DNA of 64,000 nucleotides from the human T2T-CHM13v2.0 reference genome, Homo sapiens, in NCBI RefSeq assembly GCF_009914755.1, contig NC_060930.1. One strand, written 5' to 3'. Shown one piece after another: positions 27,296 to 43,517 of this stretch. Positions within the stretch are counted from its first letter, which is position 1. Each line of letters starts with the position of its first letter. The position numbers and the translations under genes are program-made. The notes beneath the pieces were generated by a model, which saw only the letters and a list, made by a program, of their open reading frames with translations, was not told the DNA's origin and did not search any database.

Positions 27296-27587
27296 TTGAG
27301 ATGGAGTCTCGCTCTGTTGCCCAGGCTGGAGTGCAGTGGTGCAATCTCGGCTCACTGCAACCTCCACCTCCAGGGTTCAAGCAATTCCCTGCCTCAGCCT
27401 CCCAAGTAGCTGGGATTACAGGTGCCCACCACCACAACCAGCTAATTTTTGTGGGTTTTTTTTTTCTTAAGTAGAGACGGAGTTTCACCATCTTGGCCAG
27501 GCTGGTCTTGAACTCCTGACCTCATGATCCACCCACCTCGGCCTCCCAAAGTGGTGGGATTACAGACCTGAGCCACCGCGCCCTGGC
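27296..27587 (-). mobile_element. AluS with an almost absent tail
   Basis: Reverse Alu dimer; TSD cca(g/c)ttctattctt type; explains ORFs 26782-27474 and 26949-27491. Confidence 0.93.
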
Positions 27588-28074
27588 CTCCAGCTTCTAT
27601 TCTTTAATAGCCCTCATTAACTTACTTCCAGAACTTGGGCAAGACCTGTAGCTTCTCTAGATCTCAATTTCCCCATTTATAAAACAAGGGAGCCAGACTA
27701 TATTTCCTCAAGTTTCTTTCAGTGTGAAAATTCAACAACTCCTATTTTACTTAATGATCCACATGATTCCATTGGAGATCCTTCCTACAGTTAAAATTCA
27801 GCTCTCTCCTCATCAATAGGTCATTACGGAGCATGTGCTATGCTGCTGCGCCTCATTAGAAGGGAATGTAGATTAACCTGGTGAAGCCCTCCTTTTATAG
27901 ATGAAGAGACCAGAGCCCAGAGAGGAGAAGCACCTAACCCTGGGGTCACACAGCCAGTGAGAGGCAGAGTCAGTCTAAAATGTACAAGTCCTGGCCTGAG
28001 ACTACTCTTTTTTTCCTGTGTGGTGTTTTAAGCATGACTGCAAATATTTTTATCCTCCTTCCATCAAGAGGTAG

Positions 28075-28402
<328 letters not shown>

Positions 28403-28573
28403 CTTGTCCCCTACTTTTTATTTGAATGGGTCCTTGGCACCTCCCACCAATAGTACATTTGGAATGAATGCTATGTAACTTCCAAGGCAGGGTGCATAGA
28501 AGGCCATACAGCTTCAGCCTAGCTCTCAAAGGACATTTATTTTCTCTCAGAGCCTTCATGTAAGAAGTCCAAT

Positions 28574-28861
<288 letters not shown>

Positions 28862-31269
28862 GTCTAACAATCCTGAGAACTCCATGCTCTCTCAGCTGAG
28901 CCCACCCGTAAGCCAGGCCAGCCCAGCCCAGCTGCCAGACATATGAGTGAAAAAACTATTGGAAGTGGATCCTCCAGCCCCCAGTGGTTGAAAGCACCCC
29001 CATTCCAGTCCTCCCCTGAAAGATCCACCTCTGTGCTTTTTTCTAACTTCTGACCCACAGAATTTGGGATCACAATAAAATAGTGGTTGTTTCATGCCAC
29101 AAAGCTTTGGAGCAGTTTTTTACATCGTCATAGACAACCTGAAGAACTAGTAAACTCTCATGTTGGCTAATATTCTTGGGCTCCCTTCCCCCAGGTGACC
29201 AATGCCAGGAGTGTGTGACTTGCAGCACATGTGCTGAAGGTGGAGAGAGGTAGCCTCTGCCTCCTCACACTGCACATCCCCTCACCTGCCTCCAGTGTGG
29301 TCAGTTCACATAGGCTTTCACTCCTCTGCCCAGGCAAAGTTCTCCTCTCTCCTGCCACGGTCCTTTGTTTATATCGTGAGTGCAGGCTTGTCACACGGAT
29401 AGCAACCAGATTATTTATGTTTGTCCTCACTAGACTACAGGCTCTAAAGGGACACAGCTGTATTCTATGCATTTCCCTGTGCTGAGGCCTAGCACCTAGT
29501 GGGCGTGAAATAAATACGTGTGGAATGAAACTGTCAAAGACCATGTGACCAGCTGGCCCTGACCCCCTGCTAACAAGCAGCAGACCCAGAACCCCTTTCT
29601 GGTTCTCCTCCAGGCAGGGCACAGTTGTTTCCTATCTGAGCAGGCTCCATTTGCTTCACATCAGCCCAAGAACAGGGAATGGGAAATGCCTTGTGCTGCA
29701 GGAGGGAAGACAAAGTAAGCCAGAGAGCACTTGGCCATCTGGGGCTGGGAGCGGAAGAGAATGGAACCATTCTGGAGAGCCAGACATTTGTTTTGTAGTT
29801 GTTGCCTTTGTGAATGTACATGTCCTGAAACCCTGGTTAATTTTCTTGTTCAAACATTGGTTTAAAATTGCTGGCTCTAGGAGAGATACTGTCCTTCAGC
29901 AAGTTCTGTTATAAACTTTGCAACTCCAAGGTCTGATTCAGCAGCAAGCTGGAAAAGTTCCTGGTTGCTAAGAGACCAGAGAGCAAATTAGCAGCTCACA
30001 AAAGACCCAGCTAAGACCAGTAAAAAATAAGACAAAAGAAAACAAGGTAGGAAATGGGCCTCCTCAAAATCAAAATAAGGTAAACAAACTGGCTAGGAAA
30101 ATGTCTGATTGGAAAAGACAATTATAAGTATTCTTCATGCTGAAGTAAAATGCACTATAGGTAGCTAAACTCTATCTTTGTCTTTTTGTCACTTGAAGAA
30201 AACAGCAGGGGAGCCCCTTTCTAGTCCTGAAATTCCGGATCTATGAGTCAGAGGGAAAAACAAACTGTCCCAGTTGATAAGGAGGAAAGAAAAAAGTGAA
30301 ATAGGCTGCCTCTTTTATGAGCTCTCCCTGCCAGGACGGTGAATGGGCTACCTGGGGTGGTGGCCCAGAAACATTCCTGCAAGCAAACAAAAGCCTCCCC
30401 CCAGGAAAGGTTTCTGATCACTGCTGGTCCAAGGCTCAGCCGCAACAGAGGGCTCTGACCCCCACAGGACTTGGCCAGACACTTCAAGATCCCATCTGGC
30501 AATCAAGCATGAGAATTCAGGTACTTGTAATAAGAAGGGGCAAAGAGAAAAGTACCAAATAGGTCCCAGGTATTAAATATTTATTTTGTTAAAGTGCCTC
30601 TATAGCTATGATTTTTAGTAATTTCTTTTCTGGTCAGACAATCTAGTAAAATATTATATTAAAATTATTTTTAATCAAAAACAGAAAAAAGCATGCCAAT
30701 CACTTACCTCTGATGGAAATTCATTCTCCAAGACACACAGTTTTCCTAAGAACCTACTGCTTAGCTGGACAAAATAGTAGGAAAATGCTCCAAGTGGAAA
30801 TTACCAGCCTCTTGAGGGAGGAGCTTGAAAATCTTAAGTGATCACAGAAAAGTCACAGTCATCTGGGTTTTGGAGACCAGAGAAGAAATGAAGAAGGGCA
30901 AAAAAAAAAAAAAAAAAGAAAAAAAGAAAAAGATGGGGTGTGGGGAGGAAGATGGGGAAACATGGAGCTACAAATTGGGAGAAAATTAAGGCAGCCAGTA
31001 GGCATATGTCAGGGAGCTATGGCGTGATATGCCTAAGAACTATGTGACTGAATAGCCTCCACTTATCAATATTTGTTGGACAGCAAAAGGATTTCAGAAT
31101 ATGATGGATCCAACAAGCATGAAATAATCTTTAGGGGAAAAAATTACAATTCCCCACATGGCAGCTTCCTTCAGATCTTTTCTGACAATCCTGTTTGTCA
31201 GATTTCTAAATCGCATGCAACTGCTATATTTTAGGCAGAGCTGGTATCTTCCTGGAAAAAGACCGTCCC

Positions 31270-31622
31270 AAATATTCAGTGCCCCTCCCTGCAGGAGAAA
31301 TAGACACCTCCTTTCTGATATATGCAGCTCTGGCCAAATGACTTGCTTTGGCCCATGAAATGTGAGCAGAAGTCACATGTGTCACTTTGGAGTATAAGTT
31401 TTAAGAGCTAGCACGTGGTTCTCTGGCTTTTCTCTTGCTGTCACAATGACCAGAACATGTTCCAGATAGTGCCTTATCCAACAGGCTTGGTCCCCAAGAG
31501 AAGAAAGCATGGAACAGAGCTGTGGCTGGATTGCAGTGGACACGTAGCCCAGATGAAAAATAAGTTCTGTTGTGGAGTTACCTGCAATTGCAGCAAAACC
31601 TAGCCTATGTGACTAATATACA
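31270..31622 (+). mobile_element. MLT1I/J-like LTR
   Basis: gacttgctttggcccatgaaatgtgagcagaagtcacatgtgtcactt...gcaaaacctagcct. Confidence 0.7.
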
Positions 31623-34479
31623 TGGCCCACGGGACTAAAAGGTGGCCAGAGTTGCCCCTCGCCCTCATTCACATTTTCTCACTAGCTGGCCACAGTCTCA
31701 CCTTGAGAGGAAAGTCATTATGCTCCAGGTGGCTTTCTTAGAATTCAGATATGTTGCCTGACTGACCCAGGAAATCAGGGCTGGCAGCCCTGCTGCTGAG
31801 CGTGGTTCAGTACCCAAGAAACAGGCAAAGATGGCGCACGGAGCTGAGAGGAGGCAGAACCATGAACTTCGAGTTGGAAATGCCAGGTTGGAGCTGGCTC
31901 ACCAGTTCTAATTTAACCCAAAAAGAACAACAAAAAACAAAACAAGCAAACAGAAAAAAAAAAAAACACTAGACCTTCTTATTCCTACCTTTAGAACTTT
32001 AGAGAGTGTTGATATTTAAAAAAAAAAAAAAAAAAAAAAAGGCAAACAAACAAAAAACTGACCCCCAAAGCCAAAGGAAATAACATGTCTTTATTGAAGA
32101 AATGTCCATTCTTCCTTCAAAGCCTCTTTCCCTTAACAAACGTGGTATGCACAGCAAAATGGAAAAGATGTCAGCCTCCACAGTACAGAGGAGGTGAGAA
32201 GATCTGCTTCCCAGCACACTGTGGAAAGGCAGGGCCTGGAGCAAGGCTGTGACCTCAGCTGCACATCTGGGTCCTAAGACCACTGGAGGGAGCTGTGCTG
32301 AGTCAAGGTTAGAGAGCCCTTGGCAAGCAGATCCCCGGCAAGGCAGCCAAGTCAAAGAGGAAGTTTGAACACTTAATGGGACATCAAATGGGATTTTCCC
32401 TGCAATCTCAGAACTTCTGCTAAAAGCCCTAAAGTGGATAGCAATAAGTAAAAGTGCCCCCGCAGTCTAAAAAGAAAGTGATCAGAGGATACCTGCAGGA
32501 TTTTCTCAAAGATGAGTGATCCAATCCTCCCATCCCACCTCCACCACCCCAAGAGAATACTAGAAGATTTGCGAGTCCATTGAAATAGGCGCATTTCTAA
32601 GAGTAGGGAGTTGTCAGCCTAGTAGGAAAGGCTAGGGTGTTTCTCCATCCCTCCCTTTCCCCATGAAGGCAGGAGGAAGATGTTTCTCCCATCCTCAAGT
32701 GAGGCACAAAGATCCAAGAGAACAGCAGGGAGGTCAGGAGGCCTTCGAGAGGGAGAGAGTGAGTCCAATACCCAGCTGGGTGCTGGCTGAGCCACAGAAA
32801 CCAGTAGGCTGACATGGTGCTCCCCAGACAGGAGCTTGGGGCTTGCCCTTGCCCCCAGGTTCTGGAACAGGGAGGCTGGCACCTGCTTTTTGTCCAGAGA
32901 ATTGTAAAGGAATGTAGGAAGCTGGCTGGGCTGGCTTGCAGTGGCAAGTACAGAGAGGGCATGAGGTGGGCATCCCTCTCATCTGGGCCACGTGACCACT
33001 ACGGAATGTGTCCCTACTCTAGGTCTGATAAGACTTCCTCCTAAAAGGGAAGCCCAGGAACTAGAGGCAAGGTGTGGGGGAAGGTGGTAAAAAGCAGACT
33101 AGGCCACCTCTCCAAGGCAGACCTAGCTCAGGCTTGAGCTGAGGGATGGGGAGGGGAGAAGCATAGTGCTGGGTATGAGATTGAAGTTTTGATTTAGCCC
33201 GGCCACGACCTTTCAATGCTTGAAAGTGAGGTGAGGCAGCCAAAATAAAACTAGTTATTATAACTGAAGGTGACCAAAAAGCTGTGGGCTGTGCCTGAAA
33301 CAACGTCAAGGGATGGTCCAGAAATAAGGAAGAGAAATGCAACAGAGAGCTAGAAAACAATAGTTGGAGAAAAATAAAGCCACCTCCTGATTGTACTCCA
33401 TGGAGTCACATCGGTCAAAAAACCAATTACAATTGGAGGGAAATTCACCAGAGAGAGAAGTGCTGTCTAGAGAGTAACTATGATTGGGGAGAACTGCCCA
33501 AAGACATTCCATTCTCCATCTCATTAGAGTATGCATTCTCCAGGGTGTGAATGCTCCCAAGTGCTCCCAAGGGGGTGGAAATTGGCTGGGGTGGGGGTGT
33601 GAAAAAACTTAGATGTTTCAAAGTTTTATGACCCTCCAAAGTTTAATCCTGCCCAACAAAATAGTATGTAATTATTTCTTAATTTATGTTTACTATACAT
33701 TTATTTATCAATACATATCTTATCTCTCTATAAATTTATATTATTTTATGTTATTATTTAAAATAGTGTTTAGGATAGGGAAAAAATGAAAGGAAGGGAA
33801 TTTTTTTTCCTTAGGGGAACAATGCTGAAGAAAAGTCTAGAAACATTGAGTTAGAGAGAAACACAACATTCAACCTCAAACCAGAACTGGTGTTTGGATA
33901 AAATTTTTCTGGCTCCAAGTAGAATTGCTTTCACTGAATTTGTTTTGATATCCTACCTTTTGAGGGCTTTATCCTCTGCTTCACAAGGTGTCCTTTTCAT
34001 AGGGACCCAGAAGAGAACGTTCTTTCAGGTTTCACTGTAAAGAAAAGCAGTGCTTCTTCTGGATAAATGGTTTGTTTATCTTTTATGTTTTATCTTTTAT
34101 GAGATTTGTTATGCACATCTCAAATTAGATCAAGTTTCCCTCTTTGCTTCAGCCACAGGGGAGCTCAGGGCACCTTTTGTAACCACTGCAGGACTGGGCC
34201 ATATGCATATCTGGGACTTTGCCTTATCTGTGCTTTTAGTATTTTTCTACTTTTAACTTTGCCCCAATTCCCTCAACTGTGTTTTAACTCTTTCCTATTT
34301 CATGTATTTTTATAAGCCCCCTACAATCCTTTGTGGAATATGTGGGATATAAATATGTAAAGAGGAACACTACCTCTCCTTCCAAAGTTTTCTTTCCGCC
34401 CACTCTTATTAAGTCTGTCCTTATACAGTTGCTTTTCTTTTTAACTCAATGCACAACTAAAAGGTATTCTATTAGGTTT

Positions 34480-34760
34480 TATCTTTTTCTTAGTTTTCCA
34501 GGATATTAAGATCATCTTGAAAACTGATTCTGTAACCCAACATGTTTGCCAACTTTGTGTTATCCATAGTGTTGAGGACCATACCTCCCATGTCTTCATC
34601 CAAGTCATTGATAACAATGTTGAATGGAACAGGGCTAAGACAGACCCCTAAGGTATGCCACTAGAGACCTTCTTCCAGCCAATATCAATGCACTAATCCC
34701 CTTTCTCTTCTGATATGGTTGAACCAACGATTAGCCCACCACATTTCTGCCATCTGTCTT
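34480..34760 (-). mobile_element. CR1/L3 LINE reverse-transcriptase fossil
   Basis: Minus strand reads SGIP*GSV[fs]SPVPFNIVINDLDE, matching the CR1 RT motif [22 protein letters not shown]. Confidence 0.85.
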
Positions 34761-35299
34761 CTGGCTAAGCTACTTGGTCAAACATCTCTCTGACCAAGGA
34801 GCCTCTGCCTACAGCATTCCTTAGACCTGTTACTCTTAATATCGCTCCCCAAAAGGAAGTAGGCTGACACTGGATGCCGGGAACTCAACTCTACTGCAAT
34901 TGTGTGGCTGCCACCTCTGCACTGGAAATTTGATACTGGATCCCAAAAATAAGAAGCCTGAGTTGCCAGCTGCATGAGTAAAATGAATACACCACCCAGA
35001 GCTATGTGTTTCCAAATCAAAGTCTAATGTAGGTTCTCCTCACCGGTGGAGCCTGGGTCACATGACTGGCACCAGCTGCAAAAAATACTAAAAATCTCAG
35101 TTCTCTGGATTCTGCCTTGGAGCAGCAGTTCCCATATGTCAGGAACTCTAACAAGGATTAGAATGATGCTCAAAAAGTGCTAAGCAGTCAGACATGACGA
35201 ATGTCCCTAGAGCCCAAATGGTGGGGGGACATGGCTGCCCAATGAGCCCAGGCTCCATCCTGCAGTTCTCAGACCCTTCTCCAAGCTCCTAGGAGAGGA

Positions 35300-35800
35300 A
35301 AGCCAGTGGGCTAACCTTGGACGGGGTGCTTTCCAGAGACAGTCTCAGCTAGTTTGCAAGGGGTCAGGCAGTGCTGTGAAGGCTGTCGGTGCCCTCCTGA
35401 TGTCCCCTCAGGGCATTTGATCCCCTCCTGGTGTGCTTCCACCTGAGTCAGCAGGCACCTGAGTCTCTGTGTCAGAGGACTGTTCTCGGGCAGCCTCAGC
35501 CCTGGGAATTCACATCCCCTAAGACAACCCTCAATCAATATGATTGACAACATAAGGATTAAACATTCTCCAGCCTTCTCCATGATGAAACAACTCTGAA
35601 GTGTGACTTACACCATTAACAGACATCCCCTGTGGGACTCTTCCAAAGTTACCCTCGGGGACACTTTGCTTCATACTCACTTCTTTCCCTTCTTTCTTCC
35701 AGTTCCCTACGACCTCTGGATTTTCCCTGGGAACACACTTCCTAACACTTTCACACAAACCTTTGCCTCAGGGTCTGCTTCTGGAAACCAACCTAAAACA
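35300..35800 (+). mobile_element. ERVL LTR (LTR16-like)
   Basis: Ends cctttgcctcagggtctgcttctggaaaccaacctaaaaca. Confidence 0.55.
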
Positions 35801-35999
35801 GGAAACCATGGCTGCCGGAAGTCCATGGTGGTAAATCGGGAATTACTAGAGAAGGAATGAAGAGAAGACCCCAAACGTGTCCGTTGTCCCCCTGGTTGGA
35901 CCCCCTCCAGACCACCTTGGTTCTGAATGTAGAAACTTAACCTCTAAATATCTGCCCAGGCCCTGCCCTGGTCCAGAAGCAGAGCTGGAACTCAAAACC

Positions 36000-37049
<1,050 letters not shown>

Positions 37050-38745
37050 CAAGAGACTAAAAGTTCTTAATTATAGTCCCTGGCCCATACTTTGAATTCT
37101 CTTGGCTTTTATTCCTGAGGGCAGGCCTCATGAAATCACCCCTTTCCATCACTTTAAGGGAAGGACCATCCTGCCTCATCCTCAGGAAGTAACATTTTTC
37201 TGCAAGGTTAGCCACCAACAATTGCCTTTAGGGTCATCAAATTTTTGAGACTCTCAAGCCCAGAAGATGCCCTGGTTCCCTGGCTTCTAAGCCTCTTGCG
37301 TCCCTAATTTCTTACTACAACTTACCCTTCCATTCTTGCACTATTTTTTTCTAATCTAGCTATAAGAGAGATTCACTTAGTTTCTTTAGCTAAATTTCCA
37401 TTTTTCCTCTTCAGCTGGATCAATGCTATTTTAAAACAACAACAATACCAGGAAGAGTAAATGAGAATCTAACGAAAATAGTTATCTGCAGGGTGTGAAT
37501 AGAAATGTAGAAATGTAGCAAAAGGGCTAGGGATCGGAGGGAGACATCTTCTAGTATACCGTCTTATATATGTTTGATTTTTCAATCATTTAAATGTTTT
37601 TACATGTTTAGAAACAAAATTAAATTACCAAGAGCGAAAAAAAACTAAACCTAAAGATGAGTTTTAACAAAAGCAAATGAAACCTAATTCTGTATCAAAT
37701 CATATAGAAAAATTCTAATTCAAAGAATTTGGGACACAGTACCCTGACTATACACCCTTAATGGAATATATTCTAAAGAGAATAAACACCACAAAGATGC
37801 CTTAAACCTGACTGAGTAGGTTTGTTCTTAGTAGTATAACTGGTGCAGTAACTCTGAAATGATTTGTGTGTGTTGTAGAATAGAGAAAGTTAATGAATAT
37901 GTTGGCATTTTGAGAACCAAGTTCTCACTGTGAGAGAAAGAACACATGAATAGGGATTGTGGGAAGGGAAGGAAGACCCTGGGGTGTTGGATTTGAATTG
38001 GAAGTATCAAAGTAAATACAAGATTTCTTTTTTTGAAAAAGTATTTGCTAGCTCTATCCACTGAAAGAGCCTAGAAATAACAATGCTCCAATGGAATGAG
38101 TGCACCAAGCACCCAGAATTTGGTTTTTTAATAGTGTTCTCCATTGAAAGGAGCCAGGAGCCTTGGGAGAAATGACTGATCCGATTCTGGAGCAGAGACA
38201 GTACAGGGTAAGCCTAGGATGTCAGGTTGCGCTAAAAATCAAGAAAGTGCTCAAATTCTAATGGTGACATGTCAAAGGAGCACGGGAGCCAAACTGAAAG
38301 GGCTCCCACCAGGCAAATTTTGGACAATTTGAGTTTTAATATTTGTAATTAATTATGACACATGGATTTTTTTTAAGTTCCCCAGTTCATGGTGATATTC
38401 AAAAGGGTGGGGAAACTCTTCTTCATGAAAGAATGCCTGTTAATGAAGTAGAATGATAGAATTAGACAATTACCATTTTACAACGTAGTGAGTTACTCGG
38501 CTAAGAATCATCGGTGTATTCTGTTACCATTGAATAAAAGGTTGGTGAGATATTCATGCAGTTCAAATATAACCCCTTCAGATTACTTAGTAAGTAAAAA
38601 GGGGCAAGGGTGCAATGGAGAACAGTGGTGGACACCACTTAACCAAATGATCAAACTCAGCATCTAATAACGGGACCAACTGACATGAAATGGCAGCCAA
38701 TTTCTCTACAATAGAAATGGCACGGATTCTTCAAAAATCTCAGGA

Positions 38746-39080
38746 AGGACCGAGCACAGTGGCTCACGCCTGTAATTTCAGCACTTTGGGAGGCCAAGGC
38801 GGGTGGATCACTTGAGGTCAAGGAATTCAAGACCAGCCTGACATAGTGAAGTGAAACTCCGTCTCTACTAAAAATACAAAAATTAGCCAGGAGGTGGCGC
38901 ACGTCTGTGGTCCCTGCTACACGGAAGGCTGAGGCAGGAGAATCGCTTGAACAGGGAGGAGGAGGCTGCAATGAGCCGAGATCATGCCACTGCACTCCAG
39001 CCTGGGCAACAGAGTGAGACCCTGTCTCAAAAAAAAAAAAAAAAAGAAAGAAAGAAAAAAGAAAAGAAAAAAGAAAGTCA
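38746..39080 (+). mobile_element. AluS
   Basis: Full dimer with a GAAA-patterned tail. Confidence 0.93.
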
Positions 39081-39366
39081 AGAAGAATTTTAAAAAATGA
39101 TCTATTCTAGACTCAAGGATAATAAAGACACATGCAATGCATGATCCTTGAATCAAGGAGGGAACTACAAAGGACATTGTGGGGACAATGGAGGATATTT
39201 GGATGTGGATAGTATATGAAATAGTGCTATATCAATATTACATTTCTTGAATGTGATATGGTATTGTGAAGGAGAGTATCTTTAGAAGAGATGTGCTGTA
39301 GTGTTTAAGAGAAAGTATTATGATGTCTATAACTTAAATGATTCAGATTTTTTAGAAATATATATA

Positions 39367-39729
<363 letters not shown>

Positions 39730-39737
39730 ATAGATAA

Positions 39738-39787
<50 letters not shown>

Positions 39788-39827
39788 GATAGATAGATAG
39801 GCATAGGCATAGATAGAGAGAGAGAGA
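39730..39827 (+). repeat. (GATA)n tetranucleotide STR
   Basis: About a dozen perfect GATA units plus variants directly after the Alu tail. Confidence 0.95.
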
Positions 39828-41445
39828 CATGGCTAATGTAAGTGAAACGTTCCAGGTGTTCATCGTACTCTTCTTTCAACTCATTCATAGATTTGAAACT
39901 TTTTGAAATTAAAAATTGAAGTAGGAGAATGCTCTGGCTTCACCTCAAACCATTTAAGTCAAAATCTCTAGGGGTCAGCCCAAGTTTCTTTTATAGCATT
40001 TCTCCAGAAGTGTTTACTGTGCATCCAGGGTTGAGAACTACTGGCCTACCTGATTCATGATGATGTCCAGGCCCTCAGACCCTGCCTCAGCCCCCAAGGA
40101 CCCTGAAAATAAGTCTCTTAAAGGTCACAGGGGCATCTGAGTCTCCAGCAGGCCCTTGCAGCCCTGAGTCAGTAGCCCAGGCTAAGGAGGAGAGAGTAAA
40201 GAGTCTTCATAGAAGTGTCTGCTTAGCATAGGAACCCTGACTGCTTTTAGGTCCTTCTGGCTTCCTCCTGCCAGGCCTCTCCCTTCTCAGAGGCCCCTCT
40301 GAGATAACCCTCATTCTGCCCCTTCAGGCTGCCTCTGAAAACCTCAGGCCTCTCTTCCTCCTCCCTTGTTCATAAGGCCTCCAGCAAGGGACCTTGCATG
40401 GCACGCCCTCAATAAATGAGTGCCAGGTGAGCCGAGGTGGGCTCACTCACACTGTGCCTCTCTCACTGTCACCCTCAGGGGGGAGGAGGAAAAGCCCATA
40501 TCAAACATGGGCAAAGGGTTTTACTTTGTCCAAAAAAAAAAAAAAAAGCAGAAGCTGAAGGTCAAAGAAGCAAAGAGAGTGGGAAGGACTCTGTTCTTTA
40601 CAAAGAACAGAGTCATGACACCTCACACTGGACCCTTGCTAGGTGTAGGTGCTGTGGCCGCACTGAATCTGTGTTATCTCATAAAATCAACAGCCTAGCC
40701 TTATGGGGTGGGTCATACTGTCATTGTCACTTCACACCATGTGTCCCCAGCATCACACAGCTGGAACCTCAGCAGTCTCGGACCAAAGCCCACACCTCTA
40801 GCCATGGTGCTAGACTGCCTACATAGGACTTAAGGAGGAGAAGGAAAGCAAGAGCCAATATTGATGAGGCGCCTACTAAGATGATCTTGTTGAATTCTCT
40901 CTGCAGCCCTGTGAAGTCAATCTTATCTTCTTTTGATGAAGCTGAGCAAATGGACTCTGAGATAAAGTAATTTCATTCCATCATGTTGAACAAGCCTAAA
41001 ATGTATCATGATCTGCATTGTCTTCTGTATGAATGGCAATCTCTGGAGTTGTGCAACCCAGGATCAAGAGTGACTTGCCCAGGGCTATGCTGCCAGTAAG
41101 GGATGGTCTCTGGATTTGGAAGCAAGGTCTCTCAGACTTTGGCCTCCCTGGAAAAGCCCTGCTGTCCCCTCACCCCCACCACCTCAAGTGTTCTGTTACC
41201 AGACATCTCTCCGCAGGGATCAGAACCTCCCTTCTGCAGGGAGAAGTGAGTCTTCCACTGCGCTGCCATCAAGGAGGTGTCAGAACCCTGAGCTCTTCTA
41301 GACAGACCTCAGCTGTTGAACATGTGAAGAACATGCCTTTCTGCAGATGATGAAGTGGGATGTTGGGGATGAGAAAGCAGAGGCAGAAAAGTCTGAGGCA
41401 TGCCCCCCACAATTCAGCAGACTGTGGGGTAGTGGCACTCATAGC

Positions 41446-41978
41446 TAGGATGACCAGCTCATCCCAGTTTTCTCAGGACTTTCCTTGTTTTAGCATTGAA
41501 AGTCCCACATCCAGGGACAACCTTCAATCCCAGTCAAGGGAGATGGTTAATGTCTTGGTCAGCTTGAGCTGCCATAACAAAATCCCATGATGGAATAAAA
41601 CAACAGACAAATTTCTTTCTCACAGTTTTCCAACATCGAGGTGCTGGCCAATTTGGTTTCTGTTGAATGCTCTCTCCCTGGCTTGTAGAAAGCATCTTCC
41701 TAGCGTGTGCTCATGTGGGCTTTCCCTGGTGTGTGCACATGGAGAAAAAGTAAGAAAAAGAGGGAGAACAAGAGACAGGAAGAAAGAGAGTGCGCTCAGG
41801 AGAATGCTCCAACGTCTCTTCTTAAAGGACATTAATCCTGTCATGGGGGCCCTACCCTCATGACCTCATCTAACCCTAAATACCTCCAAAAGTCTATCTC
41901 CAGATACAGCTACATTGGGGTTTCAACATTTGGATTTTGGGTAGACACAGTTCAGTCCACAGCAGTTGAATAACCTAC
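41446..41978. mobile_element. MER81-like hAT MITE interrupted by an MLT1A/MST-like LTR (41551-41963)
   Basis: taggatgaccagctcatcccagtt...ttttagcattgaaagtccc; LTR tgtcttggtcagcttgagctgccataacaaaat...ttcagtccacagca; MITE end gttgaataaccta. Confidence 0.7.
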
Positions 41979-42717
41979 TTGCAGCCAAATCCCTCTTCTC
42001 AACCCCTGGTCCCCGAGATGCCCAAGGGGAGAAGGCTATCTATTCTTCCAGAAACCCACTCAGCCACAACAGCTAGTAGATGAATACCTTGCACTGGAGT
42101 TTCTGGTTTTTTCCAGATTCCAGGCCTAAGGAACCCTAAGTGGTGCCTGGCTTTCGTTTCCAAGGCAGAGTCTCCTAAGAGTGGGCTGGGTAGGGAGGGT
42201 GATCCTCAAAACTCCTAGTTGCTATGGATAAGGTTCTGAGAGACCACACATCTGTACACAAAGTCACACCCAAATGCTTCTTTTGTGGGCCTTTCCAGAT
42301 GCCCCAGTCAAGAGGGAGAAAAGGCAAGGAGGCTGTGCATAGACCAGGGCTAGAATCCTGGCTAACACTCACAGCCTGCATAACTTCCCCGTGCCTCAGC
42401 TTTCTTTCCTGTAAAATGGGGATGCATTATAAGGGTTAGAATAAAATGGGTTTCAAGTGTTTGGCACCTAGTAATTGTTCAGTAAATGGTAATCATCTTT
42501 ATTTCTCTCCTGCCTACCTTGCATTCCCTCCATTCCCCCTCCCCTACCTTTCCCATTTTTTCATTCATTCAACAAGTACTTATTGAATAACTACTATGCT
42601 GTAGTCACTGGGGATGCAGGAGTAAATAAAACAGTTTCTCCCTCCAAGAAACTTACATCACGGCCTGAAAAAACTAAAAGAAAAATAAATATGAAAATAA
42701 ATATGAAAGTGACATTA

Positions 42718-43517
42718 TGTGATGGTTCACTTTAGGTGTCAACTTGACTGGGCTAAGGGATGCCCAGATCTTTGGTAAAACAGGATTTGTGGGTATGTCT
42801 GTGAGGGTGTTTCTGGAAGAGATTAGCATTTGAATTGGTAGCCTAAGTAAAGAAGATCCGACCTCACCAATCTGGGCAGGTATCACCCAATCCCTTGAGA
42901 GCCTGGATAGAGCAAAAAGGTGGAGGAAGAGCAATGTCCCTCCTCTCCCTGAGCTGGGACAACCATCTTCTCCTTCCTTTGAACATTAGAGCTCTTGATC
43001 CTTGAGCCTTCAGACTCCAAAACTTACACCACTATCCTTCCTTCTCCCTGGTTTGTAGGCCCTTGGCCTCAGAACTATACCACTGGGTTTACCAGTGAAT
43101 TATTATTTACCAGTGAATTATACCACTGGCTTTCCTGGGTCTCCAGCTTACAGACAGCAGATTGTGGAACTTCTCAGCCTCCAAATTGCGTGAGCCAATT
43201 CCCATGATAAATTTCCTCTTATATATACAGATGGTCCCCAACCTTCAATGGATCAACTTATAATTTTTCAGCTTTACAATGAGTTTATAGGGGTGTAACC
43301 CCATCATAAGTCAAGGAGCATCTGGACTTATAATGGTTCGACTTTTGATTTTTCAACTTTACAAGAGGTTTATCAGGATATTAAATACATTTTGACTTAC
43401 AATATTTTTGACTTACAATGGGTTTACCAGAATGTAGGCCTATTGTAAGCCAAGGAACAGCTGCATCTAAATATATCCTATTGGTTCTGCTTCTCTGGAG
43501 GACCCTGACTAATACAG
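42718..43517 (+). mobile_element. MLT2 LTR with an inserted Tigger-family MITE (MER47-like, ~43227-43465)
   Basis: tgtgatggttcactttaggtgtcaacttgactgggctaagg...ctctggaggaccctgactaataca; MITE tacagatggtcccc...gacttacaat repeats at a TA site. Confidence 0.8.

Noticed and set aside
26782-27491. Longest ORFs in the track (230 aa and 180 aa)
   Set aside because: They run through an antisense or sense Alu ([28 protein letters not shown]); no splice or domain evidence.
29963-31837. Isolated RFX-like (gttgctaagagac) and YY1-like (aagatggcg) motifs
   Set aside because: Single short motifs are expected by chance without chromatin data.
43227-43465. Repeated gacttacaat units resembling a CRISPR-like array
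   Set aside because: Internal repeats of a Tigger-family MITE with irregular spacing; primate DNA with no cas genes.
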